In this document: positions 63,490 through 64,000 of the stretch, in pieces | Position numbering within the stretch: position 1 is the stretch's first letter | Layout of the letters: every line of letters begins with the position of its first letter | IMG/VR virus record: IMGVR_UViG_3300029305_007310 | Span: 1-64,000 of that record | DNA: 64,000 nucleotides | Origin: an uncultured virus (IMG/VR IMGVR_UViG_3300029305_007310) | Taxonomy: Duplodnaviria > Heunggongvirae > Uroviricota > Caudoviricetes | Strand: one strand, 5' to 3' | Notes under the pieces: model-generated | The model's input: the letters and a program-made list of their open reading frames with translations, nothing else | What the model was told of the DNA's origin: nothing | Databases searched by the model: none | Program-made: the position numbers and the translations under genes

Positions 63490-63843
63490 ATGGAAAATAA
63501 ACGCATGGGGAGAAAGCCAGATTCAGTAGTTGCTGCTGAACGCGGGATTTCTCTTGAAGAGCTTAGAGCTGAAAGAAGAGAGCGCCTAAGAGCGAAAAAT
63601 GAAAAACATGAAGAGCTTCCAGATCACAAGAAGGATTTCTACGATTATTTTGACACAGAAATAAATGACATTGCATCAGCCATAGAAGAGTGTCGTGGCA
63701 AAATGGAACGATTGATTAAATGCCGCACTCATGAGCAAAAGCTAAACTATCTGTGCAAGCAATTCGTGGACGAAATCAAAAAGGTTGGGTTGGATCACGA
63801 GATCGCGCTTGGGAGAGCGAGAAGATTATTTGAAGAGAAATAA
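63490..63843 (+). CDS. Hypothetical protein
   Basis: GGAGGG RBS; 117 aa. Confidence 0.65.
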   Translation: MENKRMGRKPDSVVAAERGISLEELRAERRERLRAKNEKHEELPDHKKDFYDYFDTEINDIASAIEECRGKMERLIKCRTHEQKLNYLCKQFVDEIKKVGLDHEIALGRARRLFEEK

Positions 63844-63887
63844 AAAAGAGGATGATGTCCAAATAGCTGGGCACCATCCTCTTTTTT
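63842..63887. terminator. Bidirectional terminator ending the late operon
   Basis: AAAAAAGAGGATG...CATCCTCTTTTTT. Confidence 0.7.
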
Positions 63888-64000
63888 ATGGCAAAGAAAA
63901 AGGGCCATGCCATTTGGCACAGCCCTGTAAGTTAAGGATCTACGTCGTCATCCTTTTCTCATCCTTTTCAATGTTGCTTGCAAGAAGATTTTTTGCACGG

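Noticed and set aside
1..64000. CRISPR array, tRNA genes or stop-codon recoding
   Set aside because: No repeat-spacer periodicity or cloverleaf found by eye; genes are full length in the standard code and use all three stops.

Overview
The window is part of a large SPbeta-like siphophage or prophage of a Firmicute, probably a clostridial gut host (inferred from RBS, promoter and codon style). Left end: a divergent partial gene, a structured leader, a very C-rich tract, a tyrosine recombinase and a candidate origin next to a Rep-like gene. Then come small accessory genes and a YonO-type single-subunit RNA polymerase whose catalytic DFDGD motif is split by a group I intron carrying an HNH endonuclease. 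A long late operon follows (YonK/YonJ-like, PIN-PhoH, terminase, portal, capsid, tail, tape measure, tail fibres, two phosphoesterases, lysis genes). The tape measure gene is in three exons (about 3915 aa spliced) separated by two more group I introns. The most striking feature is the first of these (37672-40754, about 3.1 kb). It has a full ribozyme core but no homing endonuclease, and instead loops out about 2.7 kb of cargo genes on both strands: a retropepsin pair, an HTH regulator, a type I toxin-antitoxin-like locus and two hypotheticals. An internal terminator and promoter raise the possibility of trans-splicing. All family calls come from reading motifs by eye; no searches were run.
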